Shown: positions 51,574 through 63,402, numbered from the stretch's first letter. The stretch is DNA of 64,000 nt from Amphiscolops sp. MND2022 (GCA_964187785.1 CAXLNC010001180.1:1-64000); one strand, 5' to 3'. Notes: a model not told the origin generated them from the sequence alone. Program-made: numbers and translations.

Positions 51574-52259
51574 AATGCGGTCATTTTCCAAGCATTTCTG
51601 GCAGCCACTCCTTCAAGATGGAGGGTTTTTACGCTTGGCAGACTTGGTGGTGAAAAGGGTGGAGGCGTCCGAGCAGGTGGCGGGGTGTCGCTTTTGCATT
51701 GAAATAGAAGGGGGCAGGTCTCCGAGGAGGCAGGGTGAAGGTACAGGCGCCGCGAGGATGTCTGCACGGAGGGGGGGGGAGCTAAATTTTTTTTTTGTTT
51801 TGGAGGGGGGGAGGGCCGAAACTCCCACCGAGCACAGCAGAACCCATACCCCCAAATTCGGGGGGTGAAGATTTCACCCCCCAAATTTGGGGAGTGAGCA
51901 CCAGAAAACGCTGTAAAAAAAGTAGTTTTTGAAGATTCACCCCTCAATTTTGGGGGTTGAATCTCCACCCCCCCAAATTTGTAGTGGCCCCGCATTGCGC
52001 GATACCGGGAGACTATCTCAGCCGAAACTCCCACCGAGCACAGCATGTCTTGGGAGAGGGGAAGTGAGGGCATACAAAGTACAGGCGTGTCCCAGAGAGT
52101 GAGGGTGACTGGAAGGGACGAGTCCCAAAGTGTTCCCTCCCCAGAAAAGCTTTCCAAAACAAGGGATTTGGAGCTCCCAATTTTTGAGGGATCTCTCCCA
52201 AGTTGCTCGCCGGACTCTGCGGGATGCACCTGTACCTTTCTACACCCGTACTTCCCCAG

Positions 52260-52313
52260 GCCAAATGTCAGGACTGGTTTCATTCGGCTATGCAGCCAAT
52301 TGTCGGTCGGAAG
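52260..52313 (+). CDS. Candidate exon
   Basis: cttccccag|gcc...aag|gt. AKCQDWFHSAMQPIVGRK. Splice context only. Confidence 0.3.
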
Positions 52314-52565
52314 GTCTCAATTGCTAGCATTCGCCCCCTTTTATATGGCCCCTGTGTCAAGACAGGCAACAGGATCCCCGCAACAAAGAGCCATAGGGTC
52401 CCGAAAAGGCCCTTTTCCGATCGTGTGCTGAATCGGGCAGAAACTATCGGAGCGCCGAAAGGGGGTTGTTTTGATCAGGTTATTTTCAGAACTTTCATCT
52501 CGTGGTTTCCGTGGTTTTCGTGGCTCCTTGAAATACTGGAATTTATAGTATTACGAGAGTGCCGA

Positions 52566-52824
52566 CCATCTAAAGAAGTGCCAAAGCCCCGACCAGAAAA
52601 AGTGCCGAAAGGAGTGCTTCGGAAAGTGACTGCCCCAAACGGGGTGCTGAGGAAAGTGCCGAAAAACTGCTTCGGGGTCCCCTCGCCTGTGCTATTCTTT
52701 ACAGAGGCGCGGACCCGAAGCACTTTTTCGGCACTTCCCTCGGCACCCCGTTTGGGGCCGGCACTTACCGAAGCACTCCTTTCGGCACTTTTCCTGGTCG
52801 GGACTTTGACACTTCTTTAGATGG
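52566..52824. mobile_element. MITE with ~60-bp TIRs and aagtgccgaaa repeats
   Basis: ccatctaaagaagtgccaaag...ctttgacacttctttagatgg. Confidence 0.75.
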
Positions 52825-53226
52825 CACCGGATCGGGGCCAATCCCGAAAAATCAGATTTAGTAAGTTTCCGGGGTCCGGACTAAAGATAATTTAGTGAAC
52901 TCTGCGTTTTGCTGTTTTTCCTGGGAAAAACTGACAAAATCTTCCCCAAATCCCGGTTTAGTAAACGAATTCTCAGCCACTCCACAGGGTCAACTAAATT
53001 GGACCGGCCCCATTGCAAACAGTTCCGAATACTGAATTGATAGTATCTAAAGAGGGGTTGTTTTCAAAATTTCGTGTCATGGGTCCGTGGTTTCCGTGGC
53101 TTTCGTGGTTTCGAGTGTGAAAACGAACAACCCCTTCCTAAACAACCCCCTTCCAGCACTCCGACACAAGGGTAGTTTTTGCCGGGGGTAGTTTTCGCAA
53201 AGGGGTGCGAGTTTTAATTGCCCAAA

Positions 53227-53429
53227 GGACCCGGCCGTATTAAAAACAATACGACGTATTAATTCACTATCGCCGTGTTAATTCACTATCTGTGGAGATC
53301 TCCTGTGTATTTTCCCCTGGAAAACAAGGTGTTTCAGAGACCCTGCCGTATTATTTAACTACCGTCGTATTTTTTCCCAGCGCCGTAGGGAATTAATATG
53401 ACCGTAGTATTTTTAATATGACAGGGTCC
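53227..53429. mobile_element. MITE related to 34394-34633
   Basis: ggacccggccgtattaaaaa...tttttaatatgacagggtcc. Confidence 0.65.
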
Positions 53430-55186
53430 TTAGGGTGGTGATCCTGGGGAGTGGTTTGGGGTCAGGTTCTGGTGGGTGGTGGTGGGCGGTTTTCCTATGG
53501 AAGAAAGGAAAGGGGGGAAGGAGGTGGGGAGGGTGAGGGGTGGGGTTGGGACAGACAAAGGAACCGGAAAGTCAATGCGCACGCGTTTGTCAAAACTACT
53601 CTTTAGCAATGTACCCTTTAGTTTTCCCTGACAGAAGTCGCTTGATATATGAAATTCCTGAATTGGGTCATGAAATCTTCATACTGGCGCTGGCTGGAGG
53701 GCATGTTTTCAAAGTTTCTTGCAGCCACTGGTCCAAAACCTTAGCGTCCCGAAAACGCTGCGATTTGAGAACGCGGAAACGCTGCGATTTCTTTTCCGCG
53801 GCCCAAAACTCGCTAGCGATTTCTGCTGCGATTTTCTGGCGATTTTCCTGCGATTTCTGCGGCAAATCCTGCGATTTAGTACGTTGCGATTTGAAGACGC
53901 AGCGATTTTTCTGCGATTGCGAGTTTTGGGGACGCTAAGTCCAAAACGGAAACAAGCAAAATCATTCGTACCAGTGGGTTTTTTCCCCATAGAAGTTGCA
54001 GGGGACCTCGTATTGGTACGCCAAAGATAAGAGATCCCAGTTTTGTTCCCTACTCATAACCTTGAGTTGTGCAGGGCGCTGGCTCACCGCGGCCGATTCT
54101 TCTGAACCGTGTCATGTCTGAAGACGACGGTGACCATGCATATTCGCTTATCATTACGCGCTGCGCCTCTCTCGTCAGGAGCTGCCCAAACGACGTGGCC
54201 CTACTAGAAAAACTACGTGTGGCAATCTACTATACTACTTACACTGCATTCACGATTGCACAGTGATTTGCTATCATACCCCTTTACAGACACCATTTCT
54301 CGGGTTTTACCGGCAGTTCTCCCCTCTAAAAAGGTGCCAAACTTAGTTGCACAGTGTAGCGCGACACCCGCAATTGTAGCTGCGACACCCCCGTATAGCG
54401 CAACACCTTTTCAGACCCAAATTTCGGTGCGACACCTCTGGGGCCAGGGGGGGGAGGTGCGACACCAAAATTTTTAGGGGGTGTGGCGCGACACCGGTGC
54501 TACACCTGCAAAACGCTATAAATCACAGTCTCTGGATCTACCCCTACCCCATGGTCTGGCCCCTTCCGAGACCATGGTCTCAATCCCCCTCTGAGCACAG
54601 AAAACCCTAGAAATAAAGGGTTTTCTGGGTCTGGGCCGCCCATTTTTGGATTTGGTCTCGCAGACCCCGCGCCCAAGGGTAGGGGTAGACCCTTGTTTGC
54701 TGAATAAAATCTAGGAAATCAGCTGCGACACGTGTAGTGCGACACGTGTAGCGCGACAGGGGGTACCCGCAATCGTGTGCATCTAAAAAGGTGCCAAAGC
54801 TAAGAGCAAAGATGGGGGGGGCATAGTCAAAAACACCACGGCATGGTGATTCTCGCTATCAGATATCCTTTGCTTCTTCACAGTGTCTGCATGTGGCCGG
54901 GTCCTTTGGATGACCCAGTGCAGCTAGCAGGCCTTAGCGCACTGAAACGGGCGAAATCGCAGCGATTTCCGAAACAAGAGAAAGCAATACTGCTTTTTTT
55001 TAAGGGTGCGATGGAAAGTCGCTAGCGATTTGCGATTTCGGGCTGCGATTTCTGAGCCCAAAACCCCTTCTTTCTGCGGGATTTCTGTGGCTCCGTCAAC
55101 GCGGAAATCGCTAGCGATTGCGATTGTGCGATTTTGGTGCGCTAAGAGAAGCAGCCTTTCTAATGTTCCCATCTGGGGGGGGACTT

Positions 55187-55657
55187 TCAGTGAGCTCCAG
55201 ACCCACCCGAATTTACACAGCCCCGTTTGAGTAGGGTCAAAGCGTCAGTGGAACCCAAAGTACGGTTGCAAGGGTACGGTTACAACCTGTTTTGCTCTCA
55301 TAGCTCTCGTTGCTTGGAAGTACTAGTTTGACAGTACTTTGAGGAAGCTTTCTGTGCACCCAAAGTACGGTTGAAATGGTACAGTTTCAAGGGTTTTCCC
55401 TCTCATAGCTCTCATTGCTCTGGGGGCCTTTTTTTCACAGTACTCCGGGGTCAGCCCAAAGGGCGGTCATCCCCAGCGAGAGGGTACAAATTTGGGTGTG
55501 TTTGTTCCTATATGGCCAGTCATTACGTTGGTGTGAGAGAACACCGGCCATATAGGAACAAACACACCCAAATTTGTACTCTCTCGCTGGGGATGACCGC
55601 CCTTTGACCCTACTCAAACGGGGCTGTGCAAATTCAGGTGGGTTTGGAGCTCGCTGA
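55187..55657. mobile_element. Compound foldback element containing a 61-bp-arm hairpin
   Basis: Outer 55-bp TIR with 4 mismatches. Inner arms 55457-55517 and 55546-55606 with 1 mismatch. Related interrupted copy at ~34745-35235. Confidence 0.8.
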
Positions 55658-56339
55658 GACTTGGCCATCCCACTACTTTGAGTGAGTTCTATTGCCAAGA
55701 AGGGGTAAAAATCATACAGATCAGGAGACGTGCACGAAACCCAGCTTTAATTTAATGCAGTCCGCATCGCCAAAATTACCGACCGGAGTTTTATGATTTC
55801 AGCAAATAATCAGGTAATAAATCACCGACTTCGACCCTCCCTCAATTGATTTTAGGCAATTCCTGGCCTCCAGTGTCTTTGCAGTTAATAAAATACAAAA
55901 TTACCAACATCCCTTGAAATCATGTGTTTTGGAGGGTACAGGCCGGACCCTGGCCGGGTCTAAAAGGTGAAATCCGGTCAAAATCCGGTTAAATCCGTCC
56001 GACCCCATTTGCTAGGGTGCACGCGAAGGGGGTCGTACTCTGCGAAAGAGCGTGTTTCTGCCTTCTAAGCGCCTTCTATAACACCCCCCCCTTCTAAGAA
56101 CCTTTCTAAGAACCTCTGTCTCTATTGAAACCCTTACAAGGCGCCTTCTAAGAACCCTTCTAAGAACCCTTCTAAGAAGCACTTCCTTTAAAGAACTTTC
56201 TAAGAACCCTTGTAAGAAGCGTGCGGTTGCATGACCCCCTTGGTGTGCGCCGTATTTGCGTACAACCCCATTTGCCCAGCGATCGATAGGAAAAGAGGCC
56301 CAGAAAGGCCTAGACCCACTAATTAGCGAGGTTAGGGTT

Positions 56340-56539
56340 TTAAGGGGACGAACCTCAGGGGACAAACCGAGCCCATGCGCTGATTTTCGCTGATTTTTGC
56401 TGATTCTCGCCTTTTCTTAGAAAACAAAGCATTTGGGAAACGCAGATTTTCTCAGAAAACCGCTGACTTTCGCAGGAAACCGCAGAAAACCGCAGAAAAC
56501 AGCAGATTGGCGTTTGTCCCCTTAGGTTCGTCCCCTTAA
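56340..56539. mobile_element. MITE, ttaaggggacgaacct family
   Basis: 28-bp TIR with 1 mismatch and internal aaaaccgcag/ttttcgc repeats. Relative at ~42128-42360. Confidence 0.75.
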
Positions 56540-56915
56540 GCGCGGCCCTAATTTTATTTTTCAGGAATTAATTAGTGTAGTCATTTCACCGCCAATTACA
56601 CCAAATAAATTCTGGGGATTTAATAAGCGTAATTCCCAGGAAAATTACACCACCCTGACTTGTCCCTATTAGGAAATATTACACAATCGTTTACACCAAA
56701 ATATTCTCAGGGAATTAATTGGCGTAATAAATTCACCTCGGTTACACCAGAAAATACTTGGGGAATTAATTGTGCAATCCTAGCGGGCCCAATGGTACCA
56801 GATGTCGTCTTGTCTTGTCGGACGTAAAGTTTCCTCAATTTCCACAATCCACACACCACCAGTGCAGTCTGGGGGTGTGGGGGTCCAATTCTGTAAGCCA
56901 ATCTGGCCAAAACAA

Positions 56916-57170
56916 CAGAGGGCCTTGCGAGACATCACGATGTCTCGCGGCAAAAATTGACTCCCCACTGTCTTGAGACAGTTTTTGACTCGCAATTACC
57001 CTCGCCCAAAGTGTCTCCTAAAATGCCTCCCAAACTGTCTCTCGCCCACAAGAGAGGTTTTTTTCCTCTTTCAAAAGCGGTGAGGGTAATTGCGAGACAA
57101 CTGAGAGACAAGAATTGTCTCGCGGCAATTTTTGTCCCGCGACATCAAGGTGTCTCTTCTGGCCCACTGG
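56916..57170. mobile_element. Second copy of the 51331-51573 MITE
   Basis: Colinear, high-identity match by eye, with a small internal insertion. Confidence 0.8.
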
Positions 57171-59179
57171 ACAAAATTTGTTTTGGGCTGAATTTCCGAA
57201 ATGTAAAAAACTAGCCTAAAGGTACTCAATTCCGGCGGATTTATTTTTTATATGTCTTAGGGTCGGTTTTTCATAGAACGGATTTTGCGCAGATTTTTAT
57301 TTTTGAGTCGCCGGGTTTTTGCGGATTTTGTCGCCGGATTTTTCTTCTCATTTTTGTGGTTGAAAGTGCCCAGAAAAAGCCTCCAGGAAAATCCCCAGCA
57401 AAATCCTCCAAATTTTATACAACGAAAATCCCCGACACATTTCTGCAGAGGGGCCAGGCCAATGTGTCAAACATAGCCTTACAGACAAGATTGTTTTGGG
57501 CCAGAATTCCTATCGTTTTTGCAGATTCTATTGACACCATCGTGTGGGTGCGCAGCAATGGCTTTGGTGGCCAAGCAAAACAATCCAAAAGGACGGGGGA
57601 AGCTTTTTTACTTTCAGTTGGAGCTTTTTGCTTACAGTTAAGCTTCTTTGCTTACAGTCCCTTAAGGCCCTTATTAGAAGCGCTTTCCCACTGTAAGCAA
57701 AAAAGCTCCAGTTGCAAGTAAAGAAGCTAAAACTGTAAGCAAAAAAGCTCCAATTGTAAGTAGAAAAGCTAAAACTGTCAACTGTAAGTAAAAAGCTCCA
57801 CTGCATAAAAGCAAGAAGCTTCCAACGTAAGCAAAAAAACTGCATCCCAAAAGGACTGATGGTGACTCCAGGTTCCAAGATCCCAAAACAGCCTAACAAC
57901 CTTTGAAATAAGGGAAGGCCCAATAACACCCCAAGTGGGCTGATCACAGAGATTCACAAAATGCCTTAGGGGAAAACGCAAGGACAAACGGTACAATTTT
58001 CACGGGCCACCTGTTTTCGGGTCACTTTTCGGGGTGGTGCAAACCGTGTTTTTGGTAAACCGTGTTTTTGTCCCCGGCCAAAAAGGGGCCGTTTCGACGA
58101 AAACTCAGACCCCCGAAACGACAAAAACGACCAAAATGGCGGGTGTCACTCAGGCAAAGGCATGGTTTAGAAAAAGCTGGGTTTGTTCTTCCCTGAACTT
58201 TTATCGGAGACGGGCCGAATACGGTTTTGGAGAGCACAGTTTCAAACACCGAGCTGAGTGAGTTTTTTTGCCCTCACCGAGATCTGGGGAGAGAGCTCAG
58301 TGAGTTCCTCTCAGCCTATTATTTGTGTGCCAAAGCAAGCTCACCGAAATGTTCGCAGAACTCACCGAGTTTTCGCAGCACTCAGTGAGTTGTCTCTTGC
58401 GAAACAGTACTCTCGAAACAGTATTCCGCCTGTTTCCTATTGAGCTCCTTTGTATTGCCCCGCGCCCCAATGAGGGGCGTTGCATCTTTGCTTGATTTGG
58501 GGGGGGCGGGGGTTGCATTAAGACTAAAAGTGTCTTCTCCGATTCACGTCCCTGAGCCTGCTACAGTTCTATGTGCCTTTTCTGCTCCCTATCTCAGAAG
58601 AATGACAATTACCGGATTTCTTACCAGTGAATCTAGGGGACTGAAAAAGCATATCAACTTTTTCAACGTAAACCTTTTGGCCCCCACCCAAAACGCCCCA
58701 TCTCTTGACCCCCAGAAAAGAGTTTATTTAGCAGTAAAAACACAGGGGCCGGGAGAAGAAGGGGCCGCCGGATATTGCCCCAAAATCCTTCTCCCAAAAA
58801 GGGCCAAAATGGTGCTCTGTTCTTTCCATACAAGTCATAGGGAAATCTGCACTCGAAATCGGCCACTTTCTGAGACAAAATTTCTGGATGGTTTCTGGGG
58901 GCTCTCCCGGCCCCATTGTCTTGCTGCTGATTTATGTGCCTCATTTGGTGGGAAAAGGACGCCAAAAAGGGACCGCATACATTTTTTCGGGGGGGGGATT
59001 TTGGGTCAAAGAGTAGACACCAAACGGGGCACTTTCGGCCACATAAAGTTTAGTGTCTTGTTTCTTACCTGCACTTAGAATCTACCCTCCCCGTTTAGTT
59101 TAATCATTAATACATTCATATTCGACTTATTTTGAATTATCGGGTTCTTCTAAACCTAGGTTTTGGGGAACCTATGTTT

Positions 59180-59389
59180 TGTGTCAAGGGAGTACGATAC
59201 ACCCTTGTACGGTAGTCGATAGCATGTGGATGTTGACTATGGCCCTATGGCTCAAGACTCAAGGCACTAAGGGCAAGAGTGCAAAAGGGAGACTGCGTCT
59301 ATAGCATTGTCATAGCATAGTGGCAATCGTCTGCCGAGCTTGCTCATTCCATCCTTGACCTACACTGCGCACTCCATATAGACAACACA
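59180..59389 (+). mobile_element. Probable 5' LTR of a Ty1/copia retrotransposon
   Basis: TGTGT...ACACA inverted termini, 210 bp, immediately followed by a copia-type PBS. The 3' boundary is well supported; the 5' boundary is inferred because no second LTR is in the window. Confidence 0.55.
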
Positions 59390-59400
59390 GGTTATGAGCC
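59390..59400 (+). promoter_or_regulatory. Copia-type primer-binding site GGTTATGAGCC
   Basis: ...aacaca|ggttatgagcc resembles the GGTTATG(G/A)GCCC PBS of copia elements primed by a half tRNAi-Met. Confidence 0.65.
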
Positions 59401-59954
59401 GTCAAGGTGAAGAGCAGGACAGACAGATGATGCCGAAGCGCGCAAGACGAGAAGATCAGTTGGTTCCAAGACACCAGCCTACGATGTCTATAGTTCCACA
59501 TGTCCATGGTATAGACTTGATGCCGACCATCCGCGGGGTCCATGAGCACATGTCTACCTGGATGAGCAGTCTAATCAATGCACAAGACGGATGCTTACAA
59601 GCAGTTGCTCAAAGAGCCTCTATGGGCAGGATTCAACAAGAGCATCTTGCACAGCAAGTAGCATTGAGATCTACTATGCCGTCTACCAGTAATGAGGTTG
59701 CCTGGCTACGCGCTCAACTAGCTCTACGCGATGCACAAATTGAGCAGGTCAAGGCACAGAGGGACAGTCATTTTGTCCAAGAGGAAGAACTACTTGCCCA
59801 TACGCGTCTACTCAGCAGCGAAGCTAAAGATTGGAAATCTAGGGTAGTGACTGAAGCCGAAGAAGTGCTATGTCGAGAAAGTGCCCAGATGGCACAACAT
59901 GCTACCGAAACACTAGAGGCCATGGATCAACAGTACAAAGCTAAATGGCAGCAA
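59394..59954 (+). pseudogene. Truncated coiled-coil N-terminus of retroelement gag-like ORF (187 codons)
   Basis: Intronless protein-like ORF MSRQGEEQDRQ...WLRAQLALRDAQIEQVKAQRD...YKAKWQQ. It starts inside the PBS and is cut by a palindrome cluster. No pol is present in the window. Confidence 0.6.
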
Positions 59955-59964
59955 ACCCTGTTGG

Positions 59965-60125
59965 CAAAAAACACCTTAAATAAGGTGGCCACCTTAAATT
60001 CATTTTCTTAAATAAGGTGGCCACCGAAAAATTTTTAAGGTGTTTTAAGGTGGCCGCCTTAAATTTGAACCTTCAAATTTAAGGTGGCCACCTTAAATTT
60101 TAAGGTGGCCACCTTAATTTTTAAG
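59965..60125. repeat. Cluster of AAGGTGGCCACCTT palindromes
   Basis: Five copies; those at 59982, 60081 and 60102 are perfect 14-bp palindromes. Confidence 0.9.
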
Positions 60126-60636
60126 GCTCCTATTGGATTTTTTTCCTTGCCCAATGTTCCTAACAACTATGGCTGGAGACCTGGAAGGTCTAATCCAGCA
60201 TGATGTGGGAAGGTCTTCTAAGACATTTTACCATAAAGTGCTGCAAGCCCCAGCCCAACCCATAAAGGCCAGCAAGAGCATGAAGGAAACATGGCTCAAG
60301 GCCCAGAAGACCCACAAGCGCTCTAGTGGAAACCTTGAAAAACAAGCTTCAAAGCCTGGAAGGCCTTCCTGGAAACCTTGGAAGGTGGAGGCCTGGAAGC
60401 CTTGCCAGCAGGCCTGCAAGGCCTAGAGACTCAGAGAGGCTAATGAAAGGCATGGGATTAAAAGAGGGCCTTTGTGGAAATTCAAAAAACCAATGAAATT
60501 CATGGGATTAAAAGAGGGCCTTTGTGGAAGGCCTGGAAGGCCTGCTAGTAGGCCTGCTGCCAGATCAAAGGCCAATGAAGTGCGTGGGGTTAAAAGAGGG
60601 CAAGGCCTGCAAGGCTTGAAGAAGAAGCACTGCCTT

Positions 60637-61015
60637 CAAGGCCTAGAAGCTTGCAAGTTTCCCAGGCCTGGCCAGGTGGAAGACTTGGAAGGCCTTCTGT
60701 CCCAAGGTTCTTTCCCCAGACCTGGAAGATCTTTTTCCCCAAGCCTGGAAGGCTTTCTTGCCCCAGCAAGGCCTAGAAGCTTGCAAGTTTCCCAGGCCTG
60801 GCCAGGTGGGAGACTTGGAACCAAGGTTCTTTCCCCAGACCTGGAAGATCTTTTTCCCCAAGCCTGGAAGGCTTTCTTGCCCCAGCAAGGCCTAGAAGCT
60901 TGCAAGTTTCCCAGGCCTGGCCAGGTGGAAGACTTGGAAGGCCTTCTGTCCCAAGGTTCTTTCCCCAGACCTGGAAGATCTTTTTCCCCAAGCCTGGAAG
61001 GCTTTCTTGCCCCAG
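60637..61015. repeat. Tandem repeat, 3 units of 130/119/130 bp
   Basis: Units start caaggcctagaagcttgcaag at 60637, 60767 and 60886. Confidence 0.9.
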
Positions 61016-61423
61016 ACCTTGAAGGCCTGGAAATCACCCCAAACAACCCCAAACGCTAGCTACCCTCCTTGGTGCTGAAATGGCTCCTGTGCATGTTCTC
61101 AACCATGTCTTTGCCATGCAGAATGTTCATCTGGTTATTCACAAGATTGCTTCAGCCCTGGCCTAGGACTCTTTCTGCACATATGCTGGACGTTTCTGGT
61201 GGTCATTTCCCCTCCCATGTGGTTGCAATTGCATGGTGGCTCCTGTTTGGTTGGCATGCATGGTGGTTGTGCTAAGTTATGGTATCTGCTTATGTTGTTG
61301 CACTTGCTGGCTCTTTGTTAGGTTGTGATGCTGGCTTTGCTTGAACAAACTCATAAGTATCTCTTATATATAGTCATATACATATATATATGTCTCTATC
61401 TCTCTATCTCTCTATCTCTCTAT

Positions 61424-61630
61424 CTCTCTTGCCTTCTCTTGTAGTTGCATGATCCCATCTCTCTATCTCTTTTGCCTTCTCTTGTAGTTGCATGATCCCA
61501 TCTCTCTATCTCTCTTGCCTTCTCTTGTAGTTGCATGATCCCATCTCTCTATCTCTCTTGCCTTCTCTTGTAGTTGCATGATCCCATCTCTCTATCTCTC
61601 TTGCCTTCTCTTGTAGTTGCATGATCCCAT
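61424..61630. repeat. Minisatellite, 5 x ~43 bp
   Basis: ctctcttgccttctcttgtagttgcatgatcccatctctctat repeated, preceded by (TCTCTA)n and a TA-rich run. Confidence 0.9.
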
Positions 61631-61808
61631 GTGTGTGTAGCCCATCTCTGGATCAATCAAGTCCTCCTCTTGTATTGCATGTTCTGTCTCTGCTGCAGGT
61701 TTTTTGTCAAAAACACAAGCTCTGCCATGTCATCGTTGGGTGCTCTTGCCCAAGGCTTTGCATCTCAAGCTCTGCCATGTCATCTTTGAGTGCTCTTGCC
61801 CAAGCATC

Positions 61809-63402
61809 TCAACCCAAGTTGGAGAGCAACGCCTTATCCACTTCATCCTCTTCTGAGTCTTCATCATCTGAGCTAGTGCCCTTCTTCTTCTCCACATCTT
61901 CATCTTCATCCTCTCTTGCATCTTCACCACCTGAGCTAGTGCCCTTCTTCTTCTCCTCCTCATTCTTGGCACCATGCTCCTCTGGAAGAGCTTCTGGATG
62001 ACCCTTCTCACCATGAACATCCTCACCATCTTTGCAAAGATCATCACCATGAACATCTTTGTTCTCTTGCTCCTTCTTGTCATGTTGCCCCTCATTGTCC
62101 TCCTGACCTTCTTTGTCTGGCTGACCTTTGTTCTCTTGCTCCTTCTTGTCATGTTGCCCCTCATTGCCCTCCTGACCTTCTTTGTCTGGCTGACCCTGCT
62201 GACCACCTTTGTTCTCTTGCTCCTTCTTGTCATGTTGCCCCTCATTTTCTTGCTGACCTTCTTTGTCTGGCTGACCCTGTTGACCATCTTTCTCTTGCTC
62301 CTTCTTGTCATGTTGCTCCTCATTGTTCTTCTGATCTTCCTCCTGGCCTTCCTTGTCTGGCTGACCCTCTGTGCCCTTCTTCTCATGACTTGGCTCATTG
62401 CCTTCATGATTCTCCTCTTCTGTTTGCTTCATCTTCTTCTGTTCTCCTTGGCCTTTGTCATCTTCAATCCTCCTCTTGGCAGCTTGGCCTTTGGCCTTAG
62501 CTTTTGCTTTTGGGGCTTTTTTCTTTGGAGGGCCATCTGCACCTTCAGCTTCTCCATCTTCCAAGCCTCTCTTGGTGAAGATGCAGAGGTCTGGGAAGTC
62601 ATCCACCAGATCTTTCTCATGCAAGTCGAGGCTCTCACAGAAGTGCTCAAACTCTTCCAAGGAGAGCTCTCTGTTGCTCCACTCAACCCAGAAGTTCTCT
62701 GCAGCCTCCAGCCTCAAAAGAGCCCCTCTCTCAAGAGCATTCTTCTGCTTCATTTGCAATGCAAGTCCTCTGGCTTGCTGCATCATCTTCATCAGAACTT
62801 CAAGCATCTGGCTTATCTTCTTTGCTCTGCTCTTCTTCTCCTTCATGGTCTCAATCACAAGCACCTCTGGTTCTGGCTCCTCTTTGGGAGCTTGAGCCTC
62901 CTCCAACTTTTTTCTCCACAACATTTGTTGTTGTGTGGCTCTCCTCAGAAACCTTCTCTCCCTTCTTGCAGTACCAGTACCTGTCCCTCCAGATTGATCC
63001 CTTGGCAATCTTCCTCTTCTGCTCAGGGATCTGGTGCTCATCTTGATTGTCTTGGACTTCCTGCTTCACCTCTTGGAAGTAGTCTGACATCTCTGCAAAG
63101 CTGTCCCTGTCAATGCCCAAGAAATCACCAATTTGTGAGAGGGTGTGGTACCCTTCTGAGTCTGCACTCTTGCTTGTGGTCTCAATTTGTACCCTCTGCT
63201 CCAAGTAGGAGCCTGGGTCTTTCTGACCACCGCCTGCAAAGAAGTCTCTGAGGAACTGATTCTTACCTTCTGTGGACAGTGTGGCAACATGATCTGCAAG
63301 GTTTGCCACTTGCTGTCCTTTTGGAGTGTTCTGTCTCCCTCCCTTCTGCCAGTACTCGAAGAAGTTCCAGGCCTTCCTCTGGAGCAGTCGCTGGTTCTCC
63401 AT
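61809..63402 (-). pseudogene. Intronless ~530-aa uncharacterised ORF with one frameshift; acidic/Lys-rich C-terminus with GQPDKEGQ-x-EGQHDKKEQENK repeats
   Basis: ORFs 62851-63402 and 61809-63041 join (NVVEKK|LEEAQAPKEE) if one base is removed from the T6 run at 62908-62913: 1593 nt = 531 codons. No family recognised. Confidence 0.65.

Noticed and set aside
54074-54230. GC-rich island with good acceptor (GAGSPRPILLNRVMSEDDGDHAYSLIITRC...)
   Set aside because: May be a real exon, but donor and frame could not be fixed and no motif was recognised, so it is not called.
59238-59246. tggctcaag here (also ~60292) and agccattttgg at ~30723 as relict dinoflagellate spliced leaders
   Set aside because: Only 9-11 nt of CCGTAGCCATTTTGGCTCAAG match, which is expected by chance. 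No full relict SL found.
61974-63251. 425-aa hydrophobic + strand ORF
   Set aside because: Antisense shadow of the purine-rich, repetitive minus-strand ORF.
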